A stretch of DNA of 64,000 bases from Candidatus Latescibacterota bacterium (GTDB taxonomy: Bacteria; Latescibacterota; UBA2968). The notes under the pieces are model-generated. The model was not told the origin of the DNA, ran no database searches, and saw only the letters and a list, made by a program, of their open reading frames with translations. The stretch's first letter is position 1; each line of letters starts with the position of its first letter. Position numbers and translations under genes: made by a program. Where the stretch lies: the NCBI GenBank assembly GCA_965207885.1, contig OZ242311.1, positions 1,216,001 to 1,280,000 on the forward strand. The letters run 5' to 3'. Below are positions 50,368 to 60,340 of this stretch, piece after piece.

Positions 50368-51612
50368 ATGAACAACACCGCCACAATACACACCCGCGCC
50401 TGGGCGGGTGATGAAGCTCTCACCCTCACCTTTCCCGAAGGCTGGACAGTCGAAACCTTTGGCCCAGAGGAATGCCCTCAAGTCACCGCAGAGCAAATCC
50501 AGACCGCCTTTGACAACCCCATCGGCACACCGCGGATATCAGAACTCGCCAGAGGAAAAAACAGCGCCGCAATCATCGTAGATGACCTGAGTCGTCCCAC
50601 ACCCGCTGCCGAACTCATCCCCTATGTCCTCAAAGAACTCGACACCGCAGGCATACCCAAAAATCAAATCCGCTTTGTCGTAGGTGGGGGATCTCACCGC
50701 CCAATCGACGCGGAAGAAATCGACAAAAAAGTAGGCGCTGATATCGCCCGCGCATATCAAGTCACAAACCACCACTTCATGGGCGGCGACCTGCGCGCCC
50801 TGGGCAGCCTGGACAGCGGCCTCCCCATTTACATCGACAGAATTGTCGCAGATGCCGACCTCAAGCTCTGCGTTGGCGGCATCTATCCCCACGCCAACGT
50901 GGGTTTTGGCGGCGGCGCTAAGCTCATCTTACCAGGCGTATCGGGCTTTGCCACCATGTTCTACTTTCACACCTTTTACGCAAATCGGGGACACGCCAAT
51001 ATTGAACGACAGGGCGACGAACCAGACCATCGAGACGCCGCCGAAGCAGTCGCAAAAGTCCTGGGCCTCGATGCCGTCGTCAACGTAACACTCAACCGCA
51101 AACGCCAGATCACCGGTGTATTTGTGGGCGACTTCATCCAGGCGCAACGCACAGGTGCCCGATTCGCACGAAAAACCTACGCAACCCGGACACCCGAAAC
51201 AGAGCCTGACCTCGTCATAGCCAACGCCTATCCGCTCGACTACGACCCCGTACAAACCGCCAAAGCACTCTGGCCGCTTCGGCTGTTCAAAAACGCGTAC
51301 AAAGTCGCCATCAATCCCGCCACCGATGGCATCTGTCACCACGGACTATACGACGAAATAGACTACGCGCGGTTTTGCAAACAGCAATCCCAACAGCCCC
51401 AGCAAGAACTCCCCGAACCCAAAATTGAAGGCCCGCACCAGACCCTGATGTGGTCTGAAAACTTCCCGGTTGACGAATTTTACAAACGCAATCCCGACGG
51501 CATTCTCTTCCGCGATTGGTACACACTCCGCAACCAACTCATTGAAAAATTGCCCGATAATGCCCGAGTCGCCGTTTTTCCCAATGCAGCCATCCAAATT
51601 TCCGAAAAATAA
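50368..51612 (+). CDS. Lactate racemase LarA-family (DUF2088) protein
   Basis: NPIGTP, IIVDDLSRPTP, GGGSHR, PHANVGFGGGAK.ILPG motifs. Confidence 0.85.
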   Translation: MNNTATIHTRAWAGDEALTLTFPEGWTVETFGPEECPQVTAEQIQTAFDNPIGTPRISELARGKNSAAIIVDDLSRPTPAAELIPYVLKELDTAGIPKNQIRFVVGGGSHRPIDAEEIDKKVGADIARAYQVTNHHFMGGDLRALGSLDSGLPIYIDRIVADADLKLCVGGIYPHANVGFGGGAKLILPGVSGFATMFYFHTFYANRGHANIERQGDEPDHRDAAEAVAKVLGLDAVVNVTLNRKRQITGVFVGDFIQAQRTGARFARKTYATRTPETEPDLVIANAYPLDYDPVQTAKALWPLRLFKNAYKVAINPATDGICHHGLYDEIDYARFCKQQSQQPQQELPEPKIEGPHQTLMWSENFPVDEFYKRNPDGILFRDWYTLRNQLIEKLPDNARVAVFPNAAIQISEK

Positions 51613-51690
51613 GGATCAAAAACGCGGAATTTTACTTTCATTCCCATATCTGTCATGCTATATTGAGCCGATGCAAATATGAAAAAAATC

Positions 51691-51755
51691 ACGCAAGAGA
51701 ACGGGGAGACGTAGGGACCGAGGGAGATCCTTGCCAATCCCTTGTTCTCTTGCGT
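51691..51755 (+). other. 65-nt rod-like hairpin in the leader of the PhyH-sulfatase-SSS operon
   Basis: ACGCAAGAGAAC/GTTCTCTTGCGT (12 bp perfect), GGGGA/TCCCT and GTAGGGA/TCCTTGC. Confidence 0.65.
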
Positions 51756-51774
51756 TATTATATTGGAGGACGCC

Positions 51775-52572
51775 ATGCTGACACAAGAACAAATCGACTT
51801 CTACCACGAAAACGGATACCTCAAATGCGAAGCGCTATTTACCCCAGAAGAAACCGCCGAACTCGGCTCGGAAATGGTGCGCATCATCGAAAATTGGGGC
51901 AATGAAACCATTGGCTGGCGGGGACCGTGGCGCGACCGATACCTGCCCGAAGACGAACGCCTCAACACCAAAGCCGTCTTCATGCACAATCCCCAATTCT
52001 ACTCCGCAACCTGGGGACGCGCCATCTTTAACGAACGCCTCGTCGGCTGCGTAGAAGACCTGATCCGCGACACAGTACAGTGGCACCACACCGTACTCCA
52101 TGCCAAACCACCAGAACTCGGCACGCCTTTTCCCATGCACCAGGACTATCCCTTTTATCCGCACGACGGCCCCGACTTTGTCGATTGCTTGCTTCACCTG
52201 GACGACACCCCAATAGAAAGCGGGTGCTTGCGCGTGGTACCCGGCAGCCACAAAAAAGGTCCGCTCGTCCACGTCCTGGGTCCAGACACCTCTCCTCATC
52301 TGCCGCCAGACGATTACCACCCCGACAAAATCGACTCCATCCTGATCCCGGCAAAAGCCGGAGACGTCATCTTCTTTAGCTATCAGATCATTCACTGGTC
52401 CGATTGCAACCGCACCAACGAGTGGCGAAAATCCGTTCGCTTCGGCTACCACAGCACCCAGATGCACCCCGTGGGCCGCGCAGAAAACGACCCCTACCGC
52501 ATCGACCCCGACAACATTTTGGAACGCAAAGACAGCACCATTGTGTCCGGCTTTAGAATGAATAACGTATGA
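51775..52572 (+). CDS. Phytanoyl-CoA dioxygenase (PhyH) family protein
   Basis: MLTQEQIDFYHENGYL, PMHQD, GCLRVVPGSHK and IHWS..N...WRK; RBS GGAGG. Confidence 0.9.
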   Translation: MLTQEQIDFYHENGYLKCEALFTPEETAELGSEMVRIIENWGNETIGWRGPWRDRYLPEDERLNTKAVFMHNPQFYSATWGRAIFNERLVGCVEDLIRDTVQWHHTVLHAKPPELGTPFPMHQDYPFYPHDGPDFVDCLLHLDDTPIESGCLRVVPGSHKKGPLVHVLGPDTSPHLPPDDYHPDKIDSILIPAKAGDVIFFSYQIIHWSDCNRTNEWRKSVRFGYHSTQMHPVGRAENDPYRIDPDNILERKDSTIVSGFRMNNV

Positions 52573-53813
52573 ACAAACCCAACATCATCATCGTACTCGC
52601 CGACGACATGGGCTATGGTGATTCCAGTGCGTACGGGGGCTGGATCCACACGCCCGCAATGGAAAAAATGGCCCGCGAAGGGCTTAAATTCACCGACTTT
52701 CACTCCAGCGGGGCCGTCTGCAGCCCCACGCGCGCCGGACTACTCACCGGACGCTATCAACAGCGCGCAGGCGTGCCCAAAGTGATCGGCGCCAATCCCA
52801 ACAGCGCCGACCACTATGTGGGATTGTACCCCTCTGAAATCACCTTTCCCAAACTACTCAAAAAAGCCGGCTACACCTCCGCCATCTTTGGCAAATGGCA
52901 CCTCGGATACGACAAAAAATTCAATCCCATGCACCACGACTTTGATCGCTTTCGCGGATATGTAAGCGGCAACATCGACTACATCTCGCACTACGACCGC
53001 ATGGAAGTGTACGACTGGTGGGAGGGCCTCGAACACATCGAAGAAGAAGGCTATACCACACACCTCATCACCCAGCATTCGGTGCAATTCATCAAAGACC
53101 ACAAAGACACGCCCTTTTGCCTCTATGTTGCACACGAAGCCGTACACACCCCATTGCAGGGACCTGACGACCCCGCCATTCGCGGTCCTGAAAAAGCGGA
53201 CTTTCATCCCGACGACCCCCGAGAAACCTATTGCCAGATGATGAAAGCCATGGACGACAGCCTGGCCGAAATCATGGGCACAGTCCGAGAACTCGGCATT
53301 GAGGAAAACACCCTCGTCTTCTTTTTTTCCGACAACGGCGGCACCCGTCAAAACCCCGAATCCAACGCTCCGTTGCGCGGGAACAAAGGCACCGTATGGG
53401 AAGGCGGCCACCGCGTCCCCGCCATTGCATGGTGGCCCGGAACAATTGCCCCCAACAGCGTCACCGACCAACTCGCCATCAGCATCGACCTCTTTCCCAC
53501 CATGTGCGACCTCGCAGGGGCACCTGCACCCGACAACCACTTTGACGGCATCAGCCTCAAATCCACCCTCCTGGGCGAGGGCGAACCCGGTGTCCGACAA
53601 TTATTCTGGAACGGCCTTGCCATGCGCGACGACAAGTACAAGCTCGTAATCGACAAAGGCACGCCACATCTCTTCGACCTATCTCAGGACATATCGGAAA
53701 GCAACGACCTCGCATCGCAACAACCCGACCGCGTTCGGCAAATGTGCGATGCAATCGATGCTTGGAAACGCGACGTAGCCGATGGTGCAACACCTCAAAA
53801 AGACACGTTCTGA
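52569..53813 (+). CDS. Arylsulfatase (formylglycine-dependent)
   Basis: PNIIIVLADDMGYGD, CSPTRAGLLTGR, GKWHLG, SDNG and K...WEGG.RVP motifs. Confidence 0.95.
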   Translation: MNKPNIIIVLADDMGYGDSSAYGGWIHTPAMEKMAREGLKFTDFHSSGAVCSPTRAGLLTGRYQQRAGVPKVIGANPNSADHYVGLYPSEITFPKLLKKAGYTSAIFGKWHLGYDKKFNPMHHDFDRFRGYVSGNIDYISHYDRMEVYDWWEGLEHIEEEGYTTHLITQHSVQFIKDHKDTPFCLYVAHEAVHTPLQGPDDPAIRGPEKADFHPDDPRETYCQMMKAMDDSLAEIMGTVRELGIEENTLVFFFSDNGGTRQNPESNAPLRGNKGTVWEGGHRVPAIAWWPGTIAPNSVTDQLAISIDLFPTMCDLAGAPAPDNHFDGISLKSTLLGEGEPGVRQLFWNGLAMRDDKYKLVIDKGTPHLFDLSQDISESNDLASQQPDRVRQMCDAIDAWKRDVADGATPQKDTF

Positions 53814-53825
53814 TAGAGGAGATTT

Positions 53826-55367
53826 ATGCTTGGACTACACCTGCTGGACTTTGCCACGCTCGCCATTTATTTAATCGGCATCATGATTGCCGGCCTATGG
53901 GTCGCCCGCAAAATCAAAAATACGGGCGACTATTTTATGGGTGGGCGCAGCTTTGGCAAAACATTTATGATCATGCACGCCTTTGGCACCGGCACCCACA
54001 CCGACCAGGCCGTAACCGTAGCAGGTGCCTCCTACAAATTGGGCATGGCGGGGATATGGTATCAATGGCTCTACTTATTCGCCACCCCCTTCTACTGGCT
54101 CATCGCGCCAATATGGCGAAGGCTGCGCTACCTCACCATAGCGGACTTCTTTGAAGATCGATTCAGCAACTCGCTCGGTTATTTCTACGCCCTCTATGGC
54201 CTGCTCTACTTTGCCATACAAATAGGCATCATGCTCCTGGGCACCGGCAAAACAGCCAGTGCCATGACCGGCGGCGCGATCTCTCCTGAAATCGCCATCG
54301 GTGTGATGACCGTCCTCTTCCTCTCCTACGGTCTATTAGGCGGCCTGCCCGCAGCCATCATCACCGACTTTATACAGGGCATCTTCATCATCGTCCTCTC
54401 TTTTCTCCTCGTCCCCTTTGTCATCGACGGCGTCGGCGGCTTCACCGGCCTTCACCAGCAAGTACCCATTGAAAAATTCAGCCTCGAAGCCCCCGGCGAT
54501 CCCCCGGCCGGATACGACCGCATCACCCCCTTCTTCATCGTCATGGTCGTCATCAACGCCCTCGTCGGCATCATTGCCCAACCCCACCACATGGAAATTG
54601 GCGGTGCGGGCAAAACCGAACGCGAAGCCCGCGTGGGATTCACCTACGGCAACATGATCAAACGCCTCTGCACCGTAGCCTGGGCATTTACCGGCGTAGC
54701 CTGCATCGCCCTTTATCCCAACATCCACGATCCCGAACATGCTTTTGGGCTCGCCTCGCGCGACCTCTTGCCCATCGGCCTCGTCGGCATCATGCTCGCC
54801 TCAATGATCGCCGCGGTCATGTCCACCTGCGATTCATTCATGGTCGATGGCGCCGCTCTCTTTGTCGAAAACTTTTACAAACCCCTCTTCAAGCCCGAAG
54901 CCGACGACAAACACTACCTCACCACAGGTCGTATCGTCGCCCTCATACTCGTCATATTCGGCATAATCATCGCGCTCTACTTCACCTCTGTCGTCGCAAT
55001 CATTCGCCTCTCCTGGTCGCTCGTAGCATTCTTTGGGATCGCATTCTGGGGAGGAATTCTCTGGCGCAGATGCAATGCGCCCGGCGCCTGGGCGGGCCTG
55101 ATCGTCTCGGCATTCTTATTCGCCATATCCGGTCAAACAATCATCAATTTGGAAAGCCTGGGCATCTACATTGGCGGCCTCGACTGGGAATTGCCCTATC
55201 GCTACGTACTCTACATCGTCGGCGGTTTTGCCGCACTCATCATCGTCAGCAAACTCACCAAACCGCAAGACAAAGAGCGACTCGACCGCTTTTACACTTT
55301 GCTCCACACGCCCGTTGGACAGGAGCACAAATTGCGCGAAGCCGGCATAAAAGTCGTTATGGAGTAG
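53826..55367 (+). CDS. Sodium:solute symporter (SSS) family transporter
   Basis: DYFMGGR, GG..A.I.TDFIQG, AAVMST.DS, W.R.N..GA; about 13 TMs. Confidence 0.93.
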   Translation: MLGLHLLDFATLAIYLIGIMIAGLWVARKIKNTGDYFMGGRSFGKTFMIMHAFGTGTHTDQAVTVAGASYKLGMAGIWYQWLYLFATPFYWLIAPIWRRLRYLTIADFFEDRFSNSLGYFYALYGLLYFAIQIGIMLLGTGKTASAMTGGAISPEIAIGVMTVLFLSYGLLGGLPAAIITDFIQGIFIIVLSFLLVPFVIDGVGGFTGLHQQVPIEKFSLEAPGDPPAGYDRITPFFIVMVVINALVGIIAQPHHMEIGGAGKTEREARVGFTYGNMIKRLCTVAWAFTGVACIALYPNIHDPEHAFGLASRDLLPIGLVGIMLASMIAAVMSTCDSFMVDGAALFVENFYKPLFKPEADDKHYLTTGRIVALILVIFGIIIALYFTSVVAIIRLSWSLVAFFGIAFWGGILWRRCNAPGAWAGLIVSAFLFAISGQTIINLESLGIYIGGLDWELPYRYVLYIVGGFAALIIVSKLTKPQDKERLDRFYTLLHTPVGQEHKLREAGIKVVME

Positions 55368-55380
55368 GAAGGAAATTGTC

Positions 55381-56916
55381 ATGCGCCTCATAGCCATATT
55401 GCTTATCATCGCACTCTACACGAGTTTGGGATCTGCGGACCCTGCGCTACATCTAAAAATTGACCGCGGCGAGACGCAACCCCTCCCCAAAAGCCTCTAT
55501 GGCTTCAACACGAACATGATGAGCGGTGACTACGGCTATCTCGACTCCAGCTTCGTCGCGCTCACAAAAGACCTGCAACCCCAGACACTGCGTTTTCCCG
55601 GAGGCACAATCGGCAATTTTTACCACTGGAAAATAGCTGGATTTATCCAGAGTGAAATGAGTTCAACCGGCAGCGAGCAACTCAACAGACGAAACAGAGG
55701 CAATTTTGTCAGACTGAGAAAAAGGAGAAACGGGAGACTTGCATTTGACGACTTCATGCAAATGTGCAACGCGCTAAAAATAACGCCCATCGTAGTCGTC
55801 AACATGTGGACGGGAACCGCGGAAGAAAGTGCCGGGTGGGTCCAATACGCAAAAAACAGGGGATACGAGATCGCGTATTGGGAACTCGGCAATGAGCATT
55901 ATCTGCCGTGGTACGCGGAAAAATACCCCTCTGCGGAAACCTATATCGCACAGGCCAAAAAACATGCACAGGCGATGAAAGCCGTTGACCCAACCATAAA
56001 AGTCTCGGTCTGTGCAAGCCCGGTAGCCTTCCACAAAAACGGCTTTGAAAAAAACGTGGACCAACGCAAATGGGACAGTGCATTGGCGGCCGCGGATCAA
56101 TTTTACGACGCCTATACCGTTCACGTCTATGCGTATCGAACCGCTCGAAAAAAAGAGATTGAGGAATATCGGGGCTATCTCTTTGGTTGGATCCACTGCG
56201 ACTTCGACGACGCCATGGCCTATTATGAAAAATTGTTCCCCAACGTGGAAATGTGGATAACAGAGTGGAATATCGCCAACCCCGCAAACCGGGTCGCCAA
56301 CACACAACTGCACGCTATGTACACGGGCGACTTCTTCTTAAAAATGCTCACCCAACCGCGCATTACCCATGCAAATTTTCACGTCATTGCCGGTCCCGGC
56401 AAAGGATTCCCCGCATTCTCTCCGATCGCACCCCCATCGCCGAGAACCAATTGGAAATACGGGGGTGAACCAGAAGCGGACTTTGGAAAAACAATTCGGC
56501 GCGCGACCTACTACCCCCTTCAGTTAATAGGAGAAGCATTCGCGGAATCGGACACAAAATTCTCCCTCGCCATCCAAAATCCACCCATCCTCAATGGACA
56601 ACTCGAATACGAGGGAAAACAAATACCGGGCATTCAAGCACAGGCAGTCGGAAATGCCGCGCACCTTTTTGTACTCATCAGCAACCGCACAGCAGACGAC
56701 CTATCGCCGGGCCTCACCATCGACGGCAAAAAATACGAAGGTACGCTCACATATCGCTATGTAGCCCATGAAAGACTCAACGCATCAAATGGCGGAAATG
56801 CGGAAATGGAAGGCGCGGGCAAAATAGAAGTCGCGATCCGCGAATGGTCTGGTGCTTGCAATAATCTCTTGATTCCCAAAAACAGTTTTGGCATTTTAGT
56901 GTTATCGCTCAACTAA
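55381..56916 (+). CDS. Secreted clan-A glycoside hydrolase (GH51/GH79-like)
   Basis: Signal peptide; LRFPGGT..N.Y.W, WELGNE (acid/base) and WITEWN (nucleophile). Confidence 0.75.
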   Translation: MRLIAILLIIALYTSLGSADPALHLKIDRGETQPLPKSLYGFNTNMMSGDYGYLDSSFVALTKDLQPQTLRFPGGTIGNFYHWKIAGFIQSEMSSTGSEQLNRRNRGNFVRLRKRRNGRLAFDDFMQMCNALKITPIVVVNMWTGTAEESAGWVQYAKNRGYEIAYWELGNEHYLPWYAEKYPSAETYIAQAKKHAQAMKAVDPTIKVSVCASPVAFHKNGFEKNVDQRKWDSALAAADQFYDAYTVHVYAYRTARKKEIEEYRGYLFGWIHCDFDDAMAYYEKLFPNVEMWITEWNIANPANRVANTQLHAMYTGDFFLKMLTQPRITHANFHVIAGPGKGFPAFSPIAPPSPRTNWKYGGEPEADFGKTIRRATYYPLQLIGEAFAESDTKFSLAIQNPPILNGQLEYEGKQIPGIQAQAVGNAAHLFVLISNRTADDLSPGLTIDGKKYEGTLTYRYVAHERLNASNGGNAEMEGAGKIEVAIREWSGACNNLLIPKNSFGILVLSLN

Positions 56917-56932
56917 TTCCGAGGAGGCTATC

Positions 56933-57052
56933 GTGTTTGGCCTTGAAATTCGCAAACCATCCAGAGAAACAGTCATAGGATTCATCGTCACCTGGATCTG
57001 TGTAATCGGCATCATCTTTCTCACACTTGCCCTCGTCCGCATCGGTGCGTAA
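56933..57052 (+). CDS. 39-aa single-pass membrane microprotein (absent from the ORF track)
   Basis: Strong RBS GAGGAGG then GTG; MFGLEIRKPSRETVIGFIVTWICVIGIIFLTLALVRIGA-stop; fills the gap between operon genes. Confidence 0.75.
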   Translation: MFGLEIRKPSRETVIGFIVTWICVIGIIFLTLALVRIGA

Positions 57053-57064
57053 AGGACTTATTCC

Positions 57065-57544
57065 ATGATCAGAAAATACCGCCCTGAAGACCTCAACGCC
57101 CTCAAAGAAATCACCGTTATCTGTTTTGATGGGGTATCAATCGACCAGAACATCGAAAAAAACTTCGGTCAATTTGCCGACACAGATTGGAAAGCACGCA
57201 AAGCCAAACACATAGACGCGGACGTCGCAGCCAATGCCGATGGCATCTTCGTTTGGGAAGACAACGGCAAAGTCGCGGCCTACATCACCACGCGCATCGA
57301 CCATGAAAGCAAAATAGGCGGCATACCCAACCTCGCCGTCTTGCCCGAATACCAGGGCAAAGGAATCGGCAAAGCATTGATGACAGCCGCCTTTGACTAT
57401 TTTGAAGAACAGGGCATGGCCGTGGCAAAAATCGAAACCCTCGACCAGAACCCCGTTGGACAGAACTTTTATCCGCGCTCGGGCTTTACCGCAGTCGCCC
57501 AACAAATCCACTACGCAATGCCAATGAAAGACCGCAAAGTGTAG
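57065..57544 (+). CDS. GNAT acetyltransferase
   Basis: NLAVLPEYQGKGIGKALM acetyl-CoA motif and N..GQNFY...GF. Confidence 0.9.
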   Translation: MIRKYRPEDLNALKEITVICFDGVSIDQNIEKNFGQFADTDWKARKAKHIDADVAANADGIFVWEDNGKVAAYITTRIDHESKIGGIPNLAVLPEYQGKGIGKALMTAAFDYFEEQGMAVAKIETLDQNPVGQNFYPRSGFTAVAQQIHYAMPMKDRKV

Positions 57545-57548
57545 CTCT

Positions 57549-58337
57549 TTACTCATCCCTCCACACCGTTGGAAAGTGTTCCCCCCGCAAAATCGCGCCA
57601 TCTTCCACAGTTACAAATTCCTTCATCACGTGATTGCCACTCGCATCGTAATACGTATCCTGCGTCATATAGTGAATCGCAATCGCGCGCCGAGGTCGCT
57701 TGCTGCGATTATCGTGCGAACCGTGCCAGGTCAGAGCGTGGTGATAATGCACCTCGCCCTTTTTCACCGGTCGGCGCACCACCGATATGGACTGGCCTTC
57801 AAACTCCGACGGCATCGCGTCAAAATCCTTTACTTCCCGCACAAACGCAATCTGATTGCCCCATTTGTGCGAACCCGGCACCATACTCATACACCCATTT
57901 TCCACATCCACATCGTCCAATGCCACCCACGCGCTCACCTCTGTCATCGGTCGAATAATCGGCCACAGCGGCGCGTCCTGATGCCAACCGGTCGTCCCCC
58001 CAATTTCAGCGGGCTTGTACTGAATCTGATCGTGCCAGATACGCAACTCCGTCGCTCCGGTCAACTGCGCCATTTCTTCCACAATCTTCTCTGAATACAT
58101 CAAATTCTTAAAAGGCTCACTCGCCTCCCAGATATTCACAATCTGCCAGACCGGCGCCGAATCATTACCGCCCAAATTGCGCAACAAAACCGGCTGCGAC
58201 ACATCATCGCGATCTTTATTCTCAATCACCCGGTACAACTCCTCGCGCAACACCTCGACCTGCGCGTCCTCCAGCACCGGCCCCCCATTCAAAAACCCAT
58301 TCTCGTGAAACTCCGCCACTTGCTCTTCTGTTAGCAT
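57549..58337 (-). CDS. Phytanoyl-CoA dioxygenase (PhyH) family protein
   Basis: WHQD, WVALDD...NGCM..VPGSHKW and HGS..N.S..PRRA motifs. Confidence 0.92.
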   Translation of the reverse strand: MLTEEQVAEFHENGFLNGGPVLEDAQVEVLREELYRVIENKDRDDVSQPVLLRNLGGNDSAPVWQIVNIWEASEPFKNLMYSEKIVEEMAQLTGATELRIWHDQIQYKPAEIGGTTGWHQDAPLWPIIRPMTEVSAWVALDDVDVENGCMSMVPGSHKWGNQIAFVREVKDFDAMPSEFEGQSISVVRRPVKKGEVHYHHALTWHGSHDNRSKRPRRAIAIHYMTQDTYYDASGNHVMKEFVTVEDGAILRGEHFPTVWRDE

Positions 58338-58357
58338 GTCTCATCTCCTATCCCACA

Positions 58358-59590
58358 TCAAACCAAATTCCCCTCTGCCCGGCTTTTTCTTCCCACAACA
58401 GTAATAGCCCTATCCATCCCTACACACAAATTACCGCTAATCAAATTATAGTCGCTCTCGCCACTCTCCTCAATACCCTTCAACTGCGTCGGCCTCTCCT
58501 GATCATCCGCACACCTATTGCCCTGCACAATCGAATGCGTCAAATCCTGCACGCGGATACCGGGATATTTCCCCTTTTCCGCCCGAGAATTGCTCAGCAA
58601 CAAATTCCCCGTAATCACCTGCTCATCCCCTCTATTGGCATCTATCCCACACATCCCATTGTACGAACACACATTATTACTCACAATATTGTGGTGATCC
58701 CCGCCATTTGCCACACCGCCAATCCCGTGTTGCCCATTTTCGGAAAACACACTATCGCTACACACCGAATGGTGCACCCGCGCGCAAAAATAATACCCAT
58801 CGCCCCCATTTCCCTTCCCGATATTGTGCGACCACACACTGCGCGCCAACCCCGTTCCGGGATGAAACCCATGCCCGCGACACCCGTGTGCCTGACAATG
58901 CGCCACCTGGGCATCGCAACCGCGCTGAATCCCAAACCCATCGCTGGGCCACCCAAACACCGAACAATTCAGAATCCGCACGCGCTCACACCCCACAATA
59001 TGCACCGCAGAATACGTAAAATCCCACCAATCACCCGCGTAATCTTCGGGTCCCTTAATCGTCAAATCCCGTATCTCAACATCCGTCTCGTTCTCTGCCC
59101 ATATACAGGGAAACAGATTCACCACCCGGGCATTGTCGCGCACTAACAATCGCCGATTAAACGGCACACTCATCCACACGCGATTGCCCACAACCCGCTC
59201 AACCTCTCCATGCGTACCCCACCATCCCCTGTGCTTATCGTCACAAACCCCAATCCCCTCACCCACGCGAAAAGGCGGCCTGGTCTTACAGTTCAACACC
59301 CGCCTACCTTTGCGAATATCCTTTGCCAGATAAGCCACCTGCAAAGGCCGAATCTTTAACACCGTCGCTGGCCCATCGCCGACCAGACTCACCCGACTCG
59401 GCACGTACAGCGTCTTGCGCAAAAGATACGTACCCGCTGGAATACGCACCCTGCCACCGCTCTCTGGCAAAGATGCAACCGCATCCTCCAGACCACAGGT
59501 CATCGACTCCCGATCAAAAAAATCCGCAGCATTCACCTCATCTCGCGGCGCATCGGGCAACGGAATCTCTCTCGCTGGCATAGCAGGCAT
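58358..59590 (-). CDS. Right-handed parallel beta-helix protein (pectin lyase-like fold)
   Basis: GG.V.IPAGTY and V.LVGDG.AT motifs with many N/G-rich PbH1-like turns; RBS GGAGGAGG. Confidence 0.8.
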   Translation of the reverse strand: MPAMPAREIPLPDAPRDEVNAADFFDRESMTCGLEDAVASLPESGGRVRIPAGTYLLRKTLYVPSRVSLVGDGPATVLKIRPLQVAYLAKDIRKGRRVLNCKTRPPFRVGEGIGVCDDKHRGWWGTHGEVERVVGNRVWMSVPFNRRLLVRDNARVVNLFPCIWAENETDVEIRDLTIKGPEDYAGDWWDFTYSAVHIVGCERVRILNCSVFGWPSDGFGIQRGCDAQVAHCQAHGCRGHGFHPGTGLARSVWSHNIGKGNGGDGYYFCARVHHSVCSDSVFSENGQHGIGGVANGGDHHNIVSNNVCSYNGMCGIDANRGDEQVITGNLLLSNSRAEKGKYPGIRVQDLTHSIVQGNRCADDQERPTQLKGIEESGESDYNLISGNLCVGMDRAITVVGRKSRAEGNLV

Positions 59591-59610
59591 AACATCCTCC
59601 TCCTGATTTT

Positions 59611-60330
59611 TTAAGCACTCTCCAAAAACACCGTCACCCCCATATCGGCGTATTTCTCGCGCGTATCCGGCGTGCGGTTGCGATGACAAACTGCCACGCC
59701 AGTCCCTTCCAAAGACCTGCACAAATACGCGATCGTATCATCCACAGACTTCAACCAGTGTTGCGGATGTGCCTTAATGCTCATAGACAAATCCGTCGGA
59801 CCCATCGACAGACAATCCACACCCGCCTTCGCGAGCAAATGCCCGCGCGTTGCGGCCTCTACCGACTCAATTTGCAACCACAAAATCCCAAAGCTATTCC
59901 ACCAATCGGCGTACTCCTCCGTAGTTTTATCTTCCGTGCCTCGCCGATGTCTCCCGCCAAAACTGCGCCCACCAGCTGGCGGATAATAAAAATAGTGCAA
60001 CGCATCATCAACCGTCTCTTCCAACTCAGTCTGCGGAATCTCGATCCCACACGGACCCAAATCGAGATAATTGCCAATCAAATAGGCATTGCGCGTGTGT
60101 TTGATCCGAAACTGCACGAACACATCGCGCTCGGCAGCCATATCGCAAAACGCCGCAATGCGCTCTTCGCTCAACGGCGTATGCTGGCTATCAATAGACA
60201 CAAAATCGTAATCATCTTTATCCATAATCTGATCGAACCGATCCGGCGGCGTATTCGGCGCCATAGACACGCCAATAATGCGTTCGCCATTGCGATATTT
60301 TTGTTTTAGTCCAATTGCGTTTTCAAACAT
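59611..60330 (-). CDS. HpcH/HpaI aldolase family protein
   Basis: IDSQH, LDLG..GI.IP, YPP.G.RS.G, QIES and GPTDLS motifs. Confidence 0.88.
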   Translation of the reverse strand: MFENAIGLKQKYRNGERIIGVSMAPNTPPDRFDQIMDKDDYDFVSIDSQHTPLSEERIAAFCDMAAERDVFVQFRIKHTRNAYLIGNYLDLGPCGIEIPQTELEETVDDALHYFYYPPAGGRSFGGRHRRGTEDKTTEEYADWWNSFGILWLQIESVEAATRGHLLAKAGVDCLSMGPTDLSMSIKAHPQHWLKSVDDTIAYLCRSLEGTGVAVCHRNRTPDTREKYADMGVTVFLESA

Positions 60331-60340
60331 ACTGTCTCCT

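Noticed and set aside
51705-51740. SRP RNA domain IV
   Set aside because: Lacks the CAGG..CGGAAG.AGCA signature.
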